A stretch of DNA of 64,000 bases from Selaginella moellendorffii (taxonomy: Eukaryota > Plantae > Lycopodiophyta). Both the position numbers and the translations under genes were made by a program. The stretch spans positions 2,907,060 through 2,971,059 of the forward strand of contig NW_003314269.1 of NCBI RefSeq assembly GCF_000143415.4, in the 5' to 3' direction. Below, piece by piece: positions 23,680 to 36,769 of the stretch. Numbering within the stretch: the first letter of the stretch is position 1; the number at the start of each line of letters is the position of its first letter. The notes below the pieces were generated by a model. That model searched no databases and was not told where the DNA came from. It was given only the letters and a program-made list of their open reading frames with translations.

Positions 23680-26096
23680 ATGGCTTGGAGAATGCCGCGG
23701 GCGCTGCCGCCGGAGCCGCTGCGCAATCCATCGCATCGGCGCCTTGGATTTCCGTGCGCGGCATCGGCGGAAGGATCGCGATGGGTGCATTTTGTAGGGA
23801 TTGGCGGCACTGGATTGTCCCCTCTCGCTTTGCTAGCGCTCAAGCAGGTATGCTTGTTATTTCTGGTAGTAGTTACTGACATTGTGGCCATCCCAATGCA
23901 GGGATGGAAGGTTTCTGGATCTGATGCTACATGGAGCAATAAATTGAGATCGCTGGAAGAAGCTGGTGCCATCGTTCATGCCGGCCATGACGAGCGTTGG
24001 CTTCGCGACTGTGGGATTTTTCCCGATGCTGTTGTGGTGTCTAGTGCGATTCCTGCCGAAAACGAAGAAGTTGTAGCTGCTCGCCGTCAAGGCTTACGAG
24101 TGTAAGTGAAGCACCACCCAGTAGAAACGTAACTTCAATTTTTTTTAATTTTATTTTTCCTGCCAGAATCAAACGAAAGGAATGGCTGGGTGAGATCACC
24201 GAAGATTATGAGCTTATTGCTGTGGCTGGAACTCATGGTATGACGCTTTGAATCCGCTAATACACTTCGCTCTAAACTCGAGAATGCAGGCAAGAGTACC
24301 ACCACGGCGATGCTGACCGTTGTTCTTCAAAGTTTCAGTGATGATATTACGGCCATCGTTGGTGCTGACGTCCCACAGGTAGCTGTTGTTCTATTGTAGT
24401 GACAACCGTTTCCCAGCAAGTTTGCAGTTGGCTGGCGGTAATATGGCTTATGGAAAAGGAGGCCGTTTCGTCCTAGAGGTGTGCTCTTCACACTAGATCC
24501 CAGGCATGTAAAGTTGTGTATGTGTTTTTGTTCTTCCTGATAGAATGTTTTGTTCCAGGCAGACGAGTACGATGGCTGTTTTCTGGGCGTTTCGCCTTCC
24601 CTCGCAATTGTCACTAGCGTGGAATGGGAGCATGTCGACATGTTCCCGGACGAGGTATAGTGTCGGTCTCTCTCTTTTTGTTTTTAATTGTCTACAGATC
24701 AAGCTGTCTAGCAGGCGTCCGTGCGAGAAATGTTCAAGCATTTTATTTCCCGGATCAAGCCGGACGGCTGCCTGATAATTTGTGGCGACAGGTTCTTTCT
24801 GCGATGTTCATTGTTTTGCCAACGTAATCCTTCTCTTCAGTGCAGGGACGCGATCCTTGATCACTAGCCTCGAGCAATATTCCAAACAGGCTTCTAGGAA
24901 ACTCACATATGGCCTTCACGAACAAAATGATTGGCGAGCAATCATGCTTGTGCCAAACATCTTGGGTGGTACAGATTATGTTGCTGTATAATTTCGTCAC
25001 TCGGCACTTCGGCAACATGGGAGGGACTAATGATTTATATTGCGTGAATGCAGGTGTACAGGAATAGGCCCATGGCCAGGGTCAGCTTGAAGCTTCCGGG
25101 CACATACAACGTACTCAACTCTCTAGCGGTAAGCCTTTGTTGAGTTTGCGTATTTAGATCCTTTTGTCGTTTGCTCACCTTCGATGTCCAGGTTCTCGCG
25201 GCAGTGTCACTGTTGGCATTCAAAGGCAAAGGATCATGTGATGAATCTGGCCAGCTGAAAGCCATGGCAGTGGCTGCACAAGCCGCCAGCAGCGCCTTGC
25301 AAAGCTTCCAGGGGCTCCGCCGGCGCTTCGAGTACGTAGGAACCGTACGAAGGTGTGACATATATGACGATTACGCGCATCATCCGACGGAGGTCCGCGC
25401 TGTTCTTCAAGCAGCTCGTCAGAGATTTGATAAGCAGCCGATTTGGGTGGTTTTTCAGCCACACACATACAGGTAAGTTTCGGCCTCGTTCTTGGCGTTG
25501 CTTCTTTTTCACGGTATGACAAGATGGTGCATGCAGTCGTATCGCCAACCTGCTACAGGACTTTGCTCCGGCATTTAGCGGTGCCAATAGAGTGATCGTG
25601 ACGGAGGCCAGTATTCTTTTCTCTTGTCCTTATAAAATATTGCTTGCTCTGAGTTCGTACCTACATTGTGGCAGATTTTTTCGGCCAGAGAGAACAACGT
25701 TTGGGAACTTAGCGGCGCGGACTTGGTCTCCGTTATTACAGGCCCACCTGCGATGTTCATACCAACCTTGGTGAGTGCTTAGCTAGCTCCTTGAGGCGTG
25801 CTTGTTTTTGCCTCTGACCACGCATGCACATATCCAGGACGAAGTTATAGAACGTCTCTCTTGGGAGCTCACAGCGCTGGAGGAGAACGAAGTCAACAAA
25901 GGGGGGAATATCGTACTCCTTACGCTCGGTGCAGGTTTGTTTGATTCCAATTTTTTAGTTTTTTAGTTTTTTTTTGCGCTCTCTACTCAAATCTTTTGAC
26001 GAGACAATGCTTTTATTGCTCGCATCATCAGGTGATGTAACAAGTGTTGGACCGAAACTCCTTGACGCTCTCGCTTCCTCCCGTGAGAGAGATTGA
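23680..26096 (+). CDS. murC: UDP-N-acetylmuramate--L-alanine ligase (plastid peptidoglycan), multi-exon
   Basis: [72 protein letters not shown]. Arg/Ala/Pro-rich transit-peptide-like N-terminus. Confidence 0.95.
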
Positions 26097-26169
26097 AAGA
26101 GCCATGGATTAGATTTCAACAATTCAAGCAGTGGGTCACTGGCGCACCGATAAAAAATTTACGTCCAAA

Positions 26170-26509
26170 CACGTGCCACCGCCATGCGCAGAAAGAACCC
26201 AGGAAAAACAGCTCCCTTCTTCTAAGTTCTTTACCAAGCTCGGAGAAAAAATGGAGAGAGAGAGGGCAAACATTTTGTCCAAGGGGTTGACCAACTTATA
26301 ACGGAATGGTTGAATTGACCAGCCGCATATCCTGTAAGCGCGTTGATGCGCTAAACGACGCCTGGAATGTTTTCCCGCTTATGGCGGGGTTTGACCGTGA
26401 CCGAGAGAATCGCGTCCCTTGGATACCGCCACGTGCCACACCGACATGCTGGCGTGGGCTACCAAGGTCGGTGTCGCGTCGACGGTGGCCAGCCCAATTT
26501 GCACACGTG
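26170..26509 (+). promoter_or_regulatory. G-box/ABRE and DRE cluster upstream of the ERF gene
   Basis: CACGTG at 26170, 26430 and 26504; ACCGAC (DRE core) at 26440. Confidence 0.45.
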
Positions 26510-27001
26510 TCTACAGCAGGGCGTCCGCCCGTTTCAAATTTAAAACCTAGGGCAGCGGTGGCAGGAATATCCTCAAAGCGCGCGGGAAGGGACGAGGAAG
26601 GCGGGCCGGGCAAATGCGCCTGGATGGACCCCCGCGAAGCTTCGTCAAAGGCGGCAGAGCAAGCAAACGAGAGATTGATCTTATCTTGCGGATCTTTCGT
26701 GCGATCCAGGACCGATAAGCTCCTCGAATTGATATCGCGCACACTCCACTCGAGATAGACGAGAACGCGATAGGAATCGAGAAAAATGTGTGTGTGGGTT
26801 GCGAGAAAAAGGCCTCGCTTGTCTGTCAATCAGGCCATCGCGCGAGCAGATGAGCAGCAATTTCTACAGGGGATCTAGCATGAGTTTTAGAGCTGATGAA
26901 ATAGGACTCTCTATAACTTTCTTCTTTCATTTGGGGGGAATCTACTAAGTAGATTATTCACTAGGTCGGTTTTTGGTGAAGAAGTTCCAGTTCTCCCCTC
27001 C

Positions 27002-27003
<2 letters not shown>

Positions 27004-27036
<33 letters not shown>
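27004..27036. repeat. (CT)n microsatellite / GAGA-type element 5' of the ERF gene
   Basis: Direct read of the ctctct tract. Confidence 0.8.
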
Positions 27037-27039
<3 letters not shown>

Positions 27040-27442
27040 AGAAGGAAGAAAAGGTGTTTTTTTTTCTTTGTTTGGGTTTGAGCGTGGGCGGTGCAAAGGA
27101 CGCGCACGCAACCATCAAAACCAAAGAGTGGCAAAATACTGAGGAATTCGAAGTCGTGTTCCGACTGTTGTGCTGTTGTACAACAGCTCAGACACTCTCC
27201 ACTGTTTTAATCGGAAAGGGCTTGAATCGCTGCCGACAAAATCATGTAGCTTTTGAAATCTAGGAGCAGGATCCATTCAGCACACCAGGCAAGGAGCAGT
27301 GGTAGCAAAGCAGCAGTAGCCACAAGGGAAAAAAAAATACAATCTAGCGAGAGCGATCCAGATTCCAGAACGAGTGAGAGAGAGCTAGGGAGCTTCACTT
27401 GGATGAAGCCTCGTGACGAGCGGCAGCAACAAACGCGCTGTG

Positions 27443-29243
27443 ATGATCGCTCCGCCGAGAATACTATCCGTCCAGCCAGCCACGAGGATAATCAAGTCAG
27501 CAAGTAAGCAGCCGATCATCACAGCAAAATTCGCTTCTTCGAGATCGAAGGTGGAGTTCCCCGGGGGTGGCGGTGATTTTCATCGTCGGCAAGATCGCAG
27601 TGGTGGCGATGGTGGTGGTGGCGGTGCCAGTGGCGGTGGGAAGGAGGAGCAAGAGGAGGAGGAAGAGTCAAGCACCGCCAAGAGGCCGCGGCTCCAGGAT
27701 CCTCATCAAGAAGAACACCACGATCAGCAAGCTCGATCACTGCGGAGCTCCGATTTCCATGTAGACCCGCGGCAGATACCGGGATTCATGGATGGGAGGG
27801 GTGAGATTTTGACCCAGGAACGGTCGCTAATGGTGAGCGTCCTCTCTCACGTCGGTCAATCGGGTAGTACGTCGACTAGCAGTAGCTCCTCGCCTTTCGC
27901 CGGCGATTCCTCTTCCAGGATGATCATCCCGCAGGACCAGCGCCGCGGTGACGATCAGCAAGCGCTCGAGCAGGCGCAAGCTTCACACAAGCGGCAGCGG
28001 GATGTGGAGCAATTAGACTGGAGCTACGAGTATGATCACGAGTTTAAACCGGAGGCTCTAGGAGCAAGTGGCTCCGGCGATCGACCGGCAATGCATGTCG
28101 CGTCAATCGGGCAAGCTCGATCGGTCTCATCGATCACAGCGCAGCAGGCACAGGCCCAGCTGCAGCAGCAGCAGCAGCAATCTCACGATCATCAGCGAGG
28201 TATGTGCACGTTACATCAAAGCGTATACGGATCGAATCGAATCCATCCTCTTGTTCAAATCCTAGATTCCCGAATACGATCGTCCGCAATGCTCGATGCT
28301 CAAAATCCAGCTTTGCCGCGAGAAAAGCATCCATTCTTGCTCGATCTCTTTCTAACTTCTCGTCTTTGTTTTCTCTCTCAATGCAGGAGGAACAGCGCTA
28401 GCGCCGGCGCAAGCGCGCGGAGCGGGCGATCAGCGCCAGCAGCAACAACAGCAAGAGAATCCAAGGCCGCGATACCGCGGCGTTCGCCGGCGGCCATGGG
28501 GGAAGTGGGCGGCAGAGATTAGGGATCCCAAGAAGGCGGCACGGGTATGGCTGGGAACCTACGACACCGCCGAGGGCGCGGCCAGGGCGTACGACGCAGC
28601 GGCCATCAATTTCCGTGGCCACAGGGCCAAGCTCAACTTCCCAGACGAGTACCACAGCCGCCAGAGGCAGCGCGAGCAAGAGAGGAAGCAGCAGCAGGAA
28701 GCGCAGCAGCTGATGCAATCCAGGGCGGCCGCCGCGGCAGCGCAAGCGAGCACCACTCCCCCTCCCACTCCTCGTCCTCCTCCCGCTACGGCGTCTTTCG
28801 CATGGCCGCAGAGCGCGCAGAGCTTGTTCCACGCATCGGTGCTCCAGCAGGAGCAACTTAGGGTTCTTGGCTATCGCCCGCCATTCCTCCAGCAATCGCC
28901 ATCCGTTGGATTCTCCTCCCAGCAGCAGCAGCAGCTCCAGCAGGCCCAGCAAACCCAGATTCACGAGCAGCAGATCCATCGCCAGCAACAAATCCAGCAG
29001 AGCCTAGCCCAGCTGCCGCGATTTGGAGTGGAAGAACAGGATCCACAGCATCAAGAGCAGCAGCGCAGGCGGCAAGAGATTCTTTTGCAGCACCATTTGC
29101 TCCGGCAGCAGCAGCATCAGCAGCAGCAGCAGCAGATGATCGAGAATTTGTTCTCGCAAGAATGGCATCACGAGCAGAGCTTCAATCCATTCGAACTCGA
29201 CGAGGAGGAGGAGAGCGATCCTCGTCCCCCTCCTCCGTCATAG
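27443..29243 (+). CDS. AP2/ERF transcription factor, group X (ABR1/RAP2.6-like), Gln-rich
   Basis: AP2 domain [58 protein letters not shown] from ~28461. CMX-1-like motif [12 protein letters not shown]. Frame-consistent intron 28200-28386. Start codon uncertain. Confidence 0.9.
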
Positions 29244-30005
29244 CAATCAGTGTTCTTCTTTCTTCCTCCCCGGGAGAAGGAAAGCTGTCTATCGTTTTTC
29301 TCTTTTTCGTTCATTCATTCATTCGTCTTCGCATAGATATTGTTTCTAAAAATCCAATTTTGGCGAGTTCGATTCGCAGTTTTTTCTTCTCGGATAAAAT
29401 AATCTGGGCCTTTTTGGATCATATTGCGTGTTCTTTCTAAGACGTATGAACGTAAGCTACTGCTGATTGGCAAATCCAATTAAAACTCCTCACCAAAGAA
29501 AAAAATAAAGGCTAAAAGAAAAAATCGGTGTACCTTGTGTTCTTTGCGTCCGTTTCTTCAACTTCTTCTTGTCTCATTTCCTCCAGCAAACACGAGTCGA
29601 CGATTTCCACCTCCCCCCGCGAGATGAGATGGAAAGAGCGAGGGCAATTCATCGCGATTTCGTGTGACACATTGTTCTCGTGGAATCATCTGCTTTGAGC
29701 CTGAAAATTTTGACCCTTTGAGCTAGAGCGAGAGACGAATGACATGGATACAAAAGAACAAAGTGCCGTAGTGCTGATCCCACTTTGAGACATTTTCCTT
29801 GACATTCTCGGCCACGAAAATAGAACTCTCGACACGGTCAACCGGCTTAAAGACACACCTTGCCGTCTTTTATCAAGAGCCCTAATTTCTAGGCGAATGT
29901 AGGGTTAGGGCTGGGTTAAGGCTTTAAAATTGAGCATATTCGTTACCCATTTGGCGGGCAGTTTGAATTTCATGGGACAACCGTTTTAGGGTTCTTCGGG
30001 ACGTC

Positions 30006-30927
30006 ATGGACGATAAGGAGAGGGCCATGGAGCGGCGGCGGCAGCAATCCAAGAAGGAGGAGGCCGCGATCCTCCAGGCACAAGCTCAGGAGCAGGTGCG
30101 CAAGTCCGAGGCGGCCAACAAGCTCCCCACGCGCCAGTTTGCGATCTATGATCTCCAGGGCCGCGGTGCGCCGCCCAAGAACATCTTCGATGCCGCGGAG
30201 ATTGGCGATCACCGGGCGGTGCTCAAGTTCTCCAAGGACAAGGATTTCGATGCCGATGCCAAGGTATGGCATCGCCTAAATTCCTCCTCTGTCTCGATTC
30301 ATCCAAATGGGAGTGTAGGATCGGTATGGAAGAACCGCGCTGATCTGGGCGTCCGATTGCAACCATCTCAAGATTTGCGAGGATCTCATCAAGCTAGGCG
30401 CCAGCATCAATGCGCAAGACACGCACACGAGCAGGTACAAAGAGTGGATTCGTCACAGACATGGTCAAAGAAATTTCGCTACTGATTTGGGGAAATTTTC
30501 TCTCTAGGAAGAAGATCATGATGATGATGAGATGATCGTTTCCTTGCATTGCAGAACTGCTCTCCACTGGGCGGCCAGAGCTGGAAGCTTACCCATTGTC
30601 CGTATCCTTCTATGATCTTCTTCTTCTTCTTCTCCCACTTCTTTTGCTACTCCTTGATCCATCCAAGGCCTGCTCGTCCAATTCGGCGGCAAGATCAACC
30701 GGGAAGATAAGTACGGCCTCACGCCGCTCTACCTCGCGAGAACAAAGGGCATCGAGGGCGAGGACGTCTTCAAATTCCTCCTCTCCGAGGGCGCAGCATT
30801 TAACGAGCACAAGCTCGTCAACATCGCCGATGTGGAGGCCCAAATCCAAGCGGAGATGGATGCCAAGCGCAAAGAGGCGGCGGAGGCGGCGGCGGCGGAA
30901 GCCTCTGGGAATGGTAATGGCGCTTGA
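30006..30927 (+). CDS. Small ankyrin-repeat protein (4 exons)
   Basis: IFDAAEIGD, GRTALIWASD, RTALHWAARAG and DKYGLTPLYLA ankyrin repeats joined by GT-AG introns; TGA at 30925-30927. Confidence 0.85.
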
Positions 30928-30983
30928 ATGTATTTTCCCTCTTTTACATTTATCCTTTCCAAGAGCCCTAATTTTGCTAAGCT

Positions 30984-33412
30984 ATGGCGGCCTCCCTCCG
31001 CGATGGCGCGCTCTCTTTCCCATTCCAGCGCCACAATCCCGAGCCGGTGAGCTCGAAATATCGCTGCGGCGGCAGGATCAGCATCAAGAGCGCTCGCGCG
31101 TCCACGATCTTGGAACAGGAAGGTAAATCGCGCGGTAGCAGCGATAATCCATCGCTCGCGGCTAGGGTTGAGCGATCCTTGCTCGGCGTGGCGCAAGCAG
31201 GGGAGTCTCCTCGCGCACGGATCCAGTATCTGCTTGATCGGGCCGCGCGGCTGCCGCGGCTCGGGGACGAGGAGCGCGTGGCGGAGAACAGGGTCATGGG
31301 CTGCACTGCACAGGTTTGGCTGACGGCGAGTCTAGATGATGATTCCAGTGGCGCTGCCGCCGTGCACATTGGAGCTGACAGTGATGCCGAGCTGACTCGG
31401 GGATTCTGTGCAGTTCTCCGGGAGGCTCTCGATGGCGCACTGGCGGAAGAGATTGTGGGGCTGTCGCTGGACCTGGCAACCATGGGATTGAGTGGTTCGT
31501 CGTCGCGATCCAACACCTGGTATAATGTGCTCCTTGCTTTACAGAAGCGCGTGAGGCATTTGCTCGCTCGGCGCGAGGGAAAGCGTACGTTTGATCCCTT
31601 TCCTTCGCTGGTCATCACTGCCGATGGATTCAAGCCGGAAGGAAGCTTTGCGATCGCGCAGGTAGGCACGAGAAAGATAAAACTTAGATCTTTCTATATC
31701 GTTCTCATGTCTTTTTTTTTTTTTTTTCCTTCTTGTTACTTAGGCGAAGTATCTGTTGCCAGACGCAACTAAGGTTCAGCTTCTTGCAGATTATCTCAGG
31801 AAGAAGCGCATCGGAGTCGTGGCACATTTTTACATGGACCCCGAAGTTCAGGGTGTTTTGGTTGCTGCTCAGAAGCTATGGCCTCACATCCACATATCAG
31901 ACTCGCTCGTCATGGCGGATCGCGCAGTTAAGATGGCTGACCAAGGCTGTCAGGCCATTGCTGTGCTTGGTGTGGACTTTATGTCCGAGAATGCAAGAGC
32001 AATCTTGGATCAGGCTGGCTACGAAAAGGTTTGTTTCTTTTCTTTTTTGTTGTTAGTGTTATTAATGTGTGGTACTATAGGTTCGTGTTTATCGAATGTC
32101 CAAGGAAAGAATAGGATGCTCACTTGCTGAAGCGGCAGAGAGCTCGTCTTACACAGACTATTTAGAAAATCGCAGTGTAAAGGCTCCAGCTCTGCATGTC
32201 ATCTACATCAACACGTCTCTAGAAACAAAAGCTCGATCTCATTCTTTGGTTCCAACTATTACGTGCACTTCGTCCAACGTTGTCCAGACAGTACTACAGG
32301 TTTGTCTTTCCTTGCTTTGTCTGATAACTCACTTTTGTCGTAACAGGCATTCGCTGAAATACCCGATCTAACTGTGTGGTATGGTCCTGATTCCTACATG
32401 GGTGCCAATCTTGCGGTATTGTTTCAGCAACTTGCAGCTATGGAGGACGATGACATTGCAGCAGTCCATCCTTTGCACAACAAGCGAACAATAGCCTCCC
32501 TGCTGCCGCGTTTTCACTACTTCCAGGTACCCCGAGTCGCAGCTCATTGCCTTTATTAGTTTTTTGACACTGGCACCGTGGCAGAATGGTTCGTGTATCG
32601 TGCACGATATGTTTGGAAAGGATGTTGTGAGCCGGGTCCGGGAAGGTTACGGCGATGCCTATCTCACAGCACACTTCGAGGTTCCAGGGGAAATGTTTAC
32701 TCTTGCAATGGAAGCGAAAAGAAGGGGAATGGGAATTGTAGGATCGACGCAAAACATTCTGGACTTCATCCGGGTCCGGGTCCAGGAAGCCGTGGAACGC
32801 GATTTTGACGATCGTCTCCAGTTTGTGTTGGGAACGGAGTCCGGAATGATAACTGCTATAGCTGCAGCCGTGCAACACATCCTCAAGGGTGACAAATCGG
32901 CTGGCAAGAGTGCAAGCATAGAAGTGGAGATCATTTTTCCCGTGTCCTCCGATGCTGTGACAACGTCTTCCACGGATAATTCTCTCAGCTCTTCGGCCTT
33001 CACAATTGTCCCAGGCGTTTCCTCTGGCGAAGGATGCTCACTAAGTGGAGGATGTGCTTCCTGTCCATACATGAAGGTAAAGCTTTGCTATTATCTCGCT
33101 GCGTTTTTTACTCTCTCCATCTCTCGGTGTAGATGAATTCGCTAGATGCGCTACTACGAGTTTGTGCGCTAGCTGGGACGCACAAGGAAGATTTTCTGTC
33201 TGCGCACGAGATCAAGCACATGAAAAGGGACGTCGGTGGCCAATCCATGACCCAACTTGGATGTGCTCCCATACTCTACATGCGCCATTTCCAGGTACGT
33301 GAAAAATCCATCTCTAAATCTCTACGTGGCTTTGAACGCGTGAGGTTCCTTTGCGCAGTCCCAGAACAAGTTACCAGAAGAGCTCAAGCAGCGCATTATT
33401 ACCAGTGCCTGA
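30984..33412 (+). CDS. QS: Quinolinate synthase, chloroplastic (SufE-NadA fusion)
   Basis: SufE domain ENRVMGCTAQVW; NadA motifs VVAHFYMDPEVQG, GVDFMSEN, IGCSLA, YINTSL, TCTSSN, CIVHDMF, AHFEVPGEMF, GTESGM, CPYMKMNSL. Confidence 0.95.
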
Positions 33413-33945
33413 TCGTGGAGTGTTCTTTTCGAGTTTCGATTAACTTGTCCTCGACACTTTGCAGTCAAGCTAATCTCGTCATTTCCGACATGAAAACATG
33501 AATAATCTGGTGGAAAAGTCGCGAGGATCTGATAAATCCCTTTCTCGCATTTTCTCATCGAAAGCAAATATTGTTTTTCCGGATAAGAATCGATCGATCT
33601 AAACGTGTGCTGATTAAAATATCGTAAAATCTTTATAGTACTGATTTACACTAAGTTCAACGTTGCATTCAATTCTCCGCGTGCGAGTGGGAAAACAGCT
33701 TTGAAAAAGAATCATTTAACAATGCTGGTGGTCATCTTGTAAAAATCATTGCCATGGTTGGCAATTTTAATCCAAACAAGGAACACATGATCCATTTTAA
33801 GAGCCAAAGTGCTGGAAATATTTATAGGCGGTCTCCTTTTGCGTGCTCTCCTAAAGTCTAGATTTCTTCCAGTTTTCTTTGTCCTTCCATGCTTCTTGGA
33901 GGGGCAAGCCAGTGAGAAAAAGAAGAGAGGAGACGAGGAGCCGCT

Positions 33946-36603
33946 ATGGCGACCGACATGGAGGCGGGCAAGCGAGGTGAGCAAGAGGAAGAGTTCCATG
34001 GCGATTCGAAAGAGGAGCAATCGCCAATTGAGCAAGTGGCGCTCACGGTGGATGTGGAGGACGATCCCTCGCAGCCAGTGTGGACGTTCCGGATGTGGGC
34101 GATTGGCATCCTTGCGTGCGCAATGCTCTCCTTCCTCAACCAGTTCTTCTCCTACCGCACGGAGCCGCTGGTGATCACGCTCACCTCGGCCCAGATCGTG
34201 GCGCTGCCAATCGGCCGCTTCATGGCCGCGGTGCTGCCCACCAGGATCTACCGCGTCCCCTTCACGGGCTTCGAGTTCTCGCTCAATCCGGGGCCCTTCA
34301 ACAAGAAGGAGCACGTCCTCATCACCATCTTCGCCAATGCTGGCTCCGCGTTTGGGAATGGAGGGGCTTACGCGGTCTTCATCGTCGACATCATCAAAGC
34401 TTTCTACAAGAGGAAGATCCATTTCTACACTGGGCTCTTGCTGGTGATCACCACTCAGGTAACAAACCAAGCTTTTCTTTCTTGCTTTCTCTTCCTTGTT
34501 TTCCTCGAAGACTAAGTTGGAATTGATTGATTGCTTCAGGTCTTGGGATATGGATGGGCTGGTCTCTTGCGAAAGTTTTTGGTGGAGCCTGCGAGTATGT
34601 GGTGGCCAGGGAATCTCGTGCAAGTCTCTCTTTTCAAGTAAGTCCATAGCTTAGCTCCTTTAGTCTCCATCGTTTACTCTGGTCCCCAAGTTCTTGGACT
34701 TTCTCGCAACTCTTGACCCAAGATCATATCTCTCGCGTGATCGATTCTAATCTTGACCGTGACCCATTTGACAGGACTTTGCACGACAAGGAGAGCGTCA
34801 AGGGCCTGACGAGGATCCAGTTCTTCCTCATCTTCCTCACCGTCGGCTTCGCGTACTACGCACTCCCGGGCTACCTCTTCAGCGTCCTCTCCTCCATCTC
34901 CTGGGTTTGCTGGGCCTTCCCCAACTCGGTCCTGGCACAGCAGCTCGGGTCGGGCTTCCAGGGGCTCGGACTCGGCGCCATCGGCCTCGACTGGGCTTCG
35001 GCCTCCTCTTACCTCGGAAGTCCTCTCGTCTCTCCATTCTTCGCCATCGCCAACGTCGCCGTGGGCTACATCCTCATCGCCTACGTGATGATGCCAACCT
35101 TCTATTGGGCCAACATCTACAACGCCAAGACGTTTCCGATCTTCTCCAGCCATCTGTTTACGTCCAAGGGCCAGATCTACGACATACAAAAGGTGGTGAA
35201 TGATAAGTTCGAGCTGGACATGGCGGAATACCAGCGGCAAGGTCCCATCCACATGAGCACATTCTTCGCCATGACGTACGGGTTTGGCTTCGCGGCCGTA
35301 GCGTCAACCATCACCCACGTCCTCTGCTTCCACGGAAAGTAAGCTTTTTTTTCTCGTAACTTTTACACAGTTTCTTGCCACCTTTTCTCGCACTAAACTC
35401 GACTTTGCGCATAGGGACATTTGGAGGATGAGCCGGTCCGCACTCAAGTCTCCACCCGATGTTCATGCGCGAATGATGCAGCGATACCCAACAATCCCCA
35501 ACTTGTGGTTTGTGATTCTCATGTTGGTTTCGCTGGGTGTAGCCATCGCGACTTGCTTGGGCTTTAAGGAGCAAATCCAGCTCCCGTGGTGGGGTGTGAT
35601 TCTCTCCTGCGCCATTGCCGCAACTTTCACGCTCCCAGTTGGAGTTATCACTGCCACCACCAACATCGTGAGTACTCCATCACTTTTGGCTTTGTAGCTC
35701 TCTTTTTGTTTGCTTTCTTACTTCACTGTGGTCACAGACTCCGGGACTAAACATCATCACCGAGTATATCGTGGGTTACATGCTTCCGGGGAAGCCCATC
35801 GCCAACGTTGTCTTCAAGACGTATGGGTACATGAGCATGACCCAAGCGCTCTCGTTTCTTTCCGACTTTAAGCTCGGCCACTACATGAAGATCCCACCAC
35901 GATCGATGTTCACCGTCCAGGTAAAGCACCCAGACCACCATTGATCAATTTCAAAGGTCTAAGATATCTTCATGCTTCCCAGATTGTAGGAACGATCATT
36001 GCGGCCACCGTCAACATGGGAGTGGCATGGTGGCTGCTAAACGGGATCGACAACATCTGTGACACCGAGAAGCTCCCGGCGAGCAGCCCCTGGACGTGCC
36101 CCAGCGATCGCGTCTTCTTCGACGCATCAGTCATCTGGGGCCTTGTCGGTCCCAAGCGGATCTTCGGCTCCCTGGGCGAGTACAGCCAGCTGAGCTGGTT
36201 CTTCCTCATCGGCATCCTGGCTCCAATTCCCGTCTGGATCCTCTCGCGAGCGCTCCCCAAGGTGGAGTTCCTGCGCTACGTGAACATCCCCGTGATCCTG
36301 GGAGCCACCGGGTACATGCCACCCGCGACGTCGGTGAACTACACGACCTGGATCACGCTCGGCGTCGTCTTCAACTATTTCGTCTACAAGTACCGCAAGG
36401 CGTGGTGGAAGCGCTACAACTACGTGCTGTCCGCGGCGCTGGACGCCGGCTCGGCCTTCATGGCCGTGGTGCTCTACTTCAGCCTCGGCCTCGAGGACGT
36501 CTCGCTCACCTGGTGGGGGACTTCGGATCGCGATCACTGCCCTCTGGCAAAGTGTCCCACGCAGCCTGGGATTGTTGTGGATGGCTGCCCTGTGTATAGC
36601 TAA
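33946..36603 (+). CDS. OPT: Oligopeptide transporter (OPT family), multi-exon
   Basis: [34 protein letters not shown] and [11 protein letters not shown] signature motifs. Confidence 0.95.
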
Positions 36604-36769
36604 TCTTCGAGAACCTACCAAAGACTTAAGTCATACCAAGTCAAACGAGAAGTTTTCAGCACATCCGTGTAGGAATCGCCGTCCGGGAGAGCAATCCTAG
36701 CTGTTTGGCCGGCAACGCGGAACTCCATGCGTATTTCAGGCCAGACACGCAAATCGAGAGAGATCTGCA

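Noticed and set aside
26296-26829. Overlapping 150-177 aa ORFs on both strands
   Set aside because: GC-rich upstream region of the ERF gene with non-ATG starts and no motifs; more likely regulatory DNA.
29895-29925. TAGGGTTAGGG as an interstitial telomere
   Set aside because: Only 2-3 degenerate units upstream of a gene; consistent with a telo-box promoter element.
23680-33412. murC and nadA/sufE as bacterial contamination or recent HGT
   Set aside because: Both have spliceosomal introns and transit-like N-termini and sit among plant genes.
33712-35252. Long antisense ORFs over OPT (similar ones over PPR, kinase, QS and KH genes)
   Set aside because: Expected shadows of GC3-rich coding sequence.
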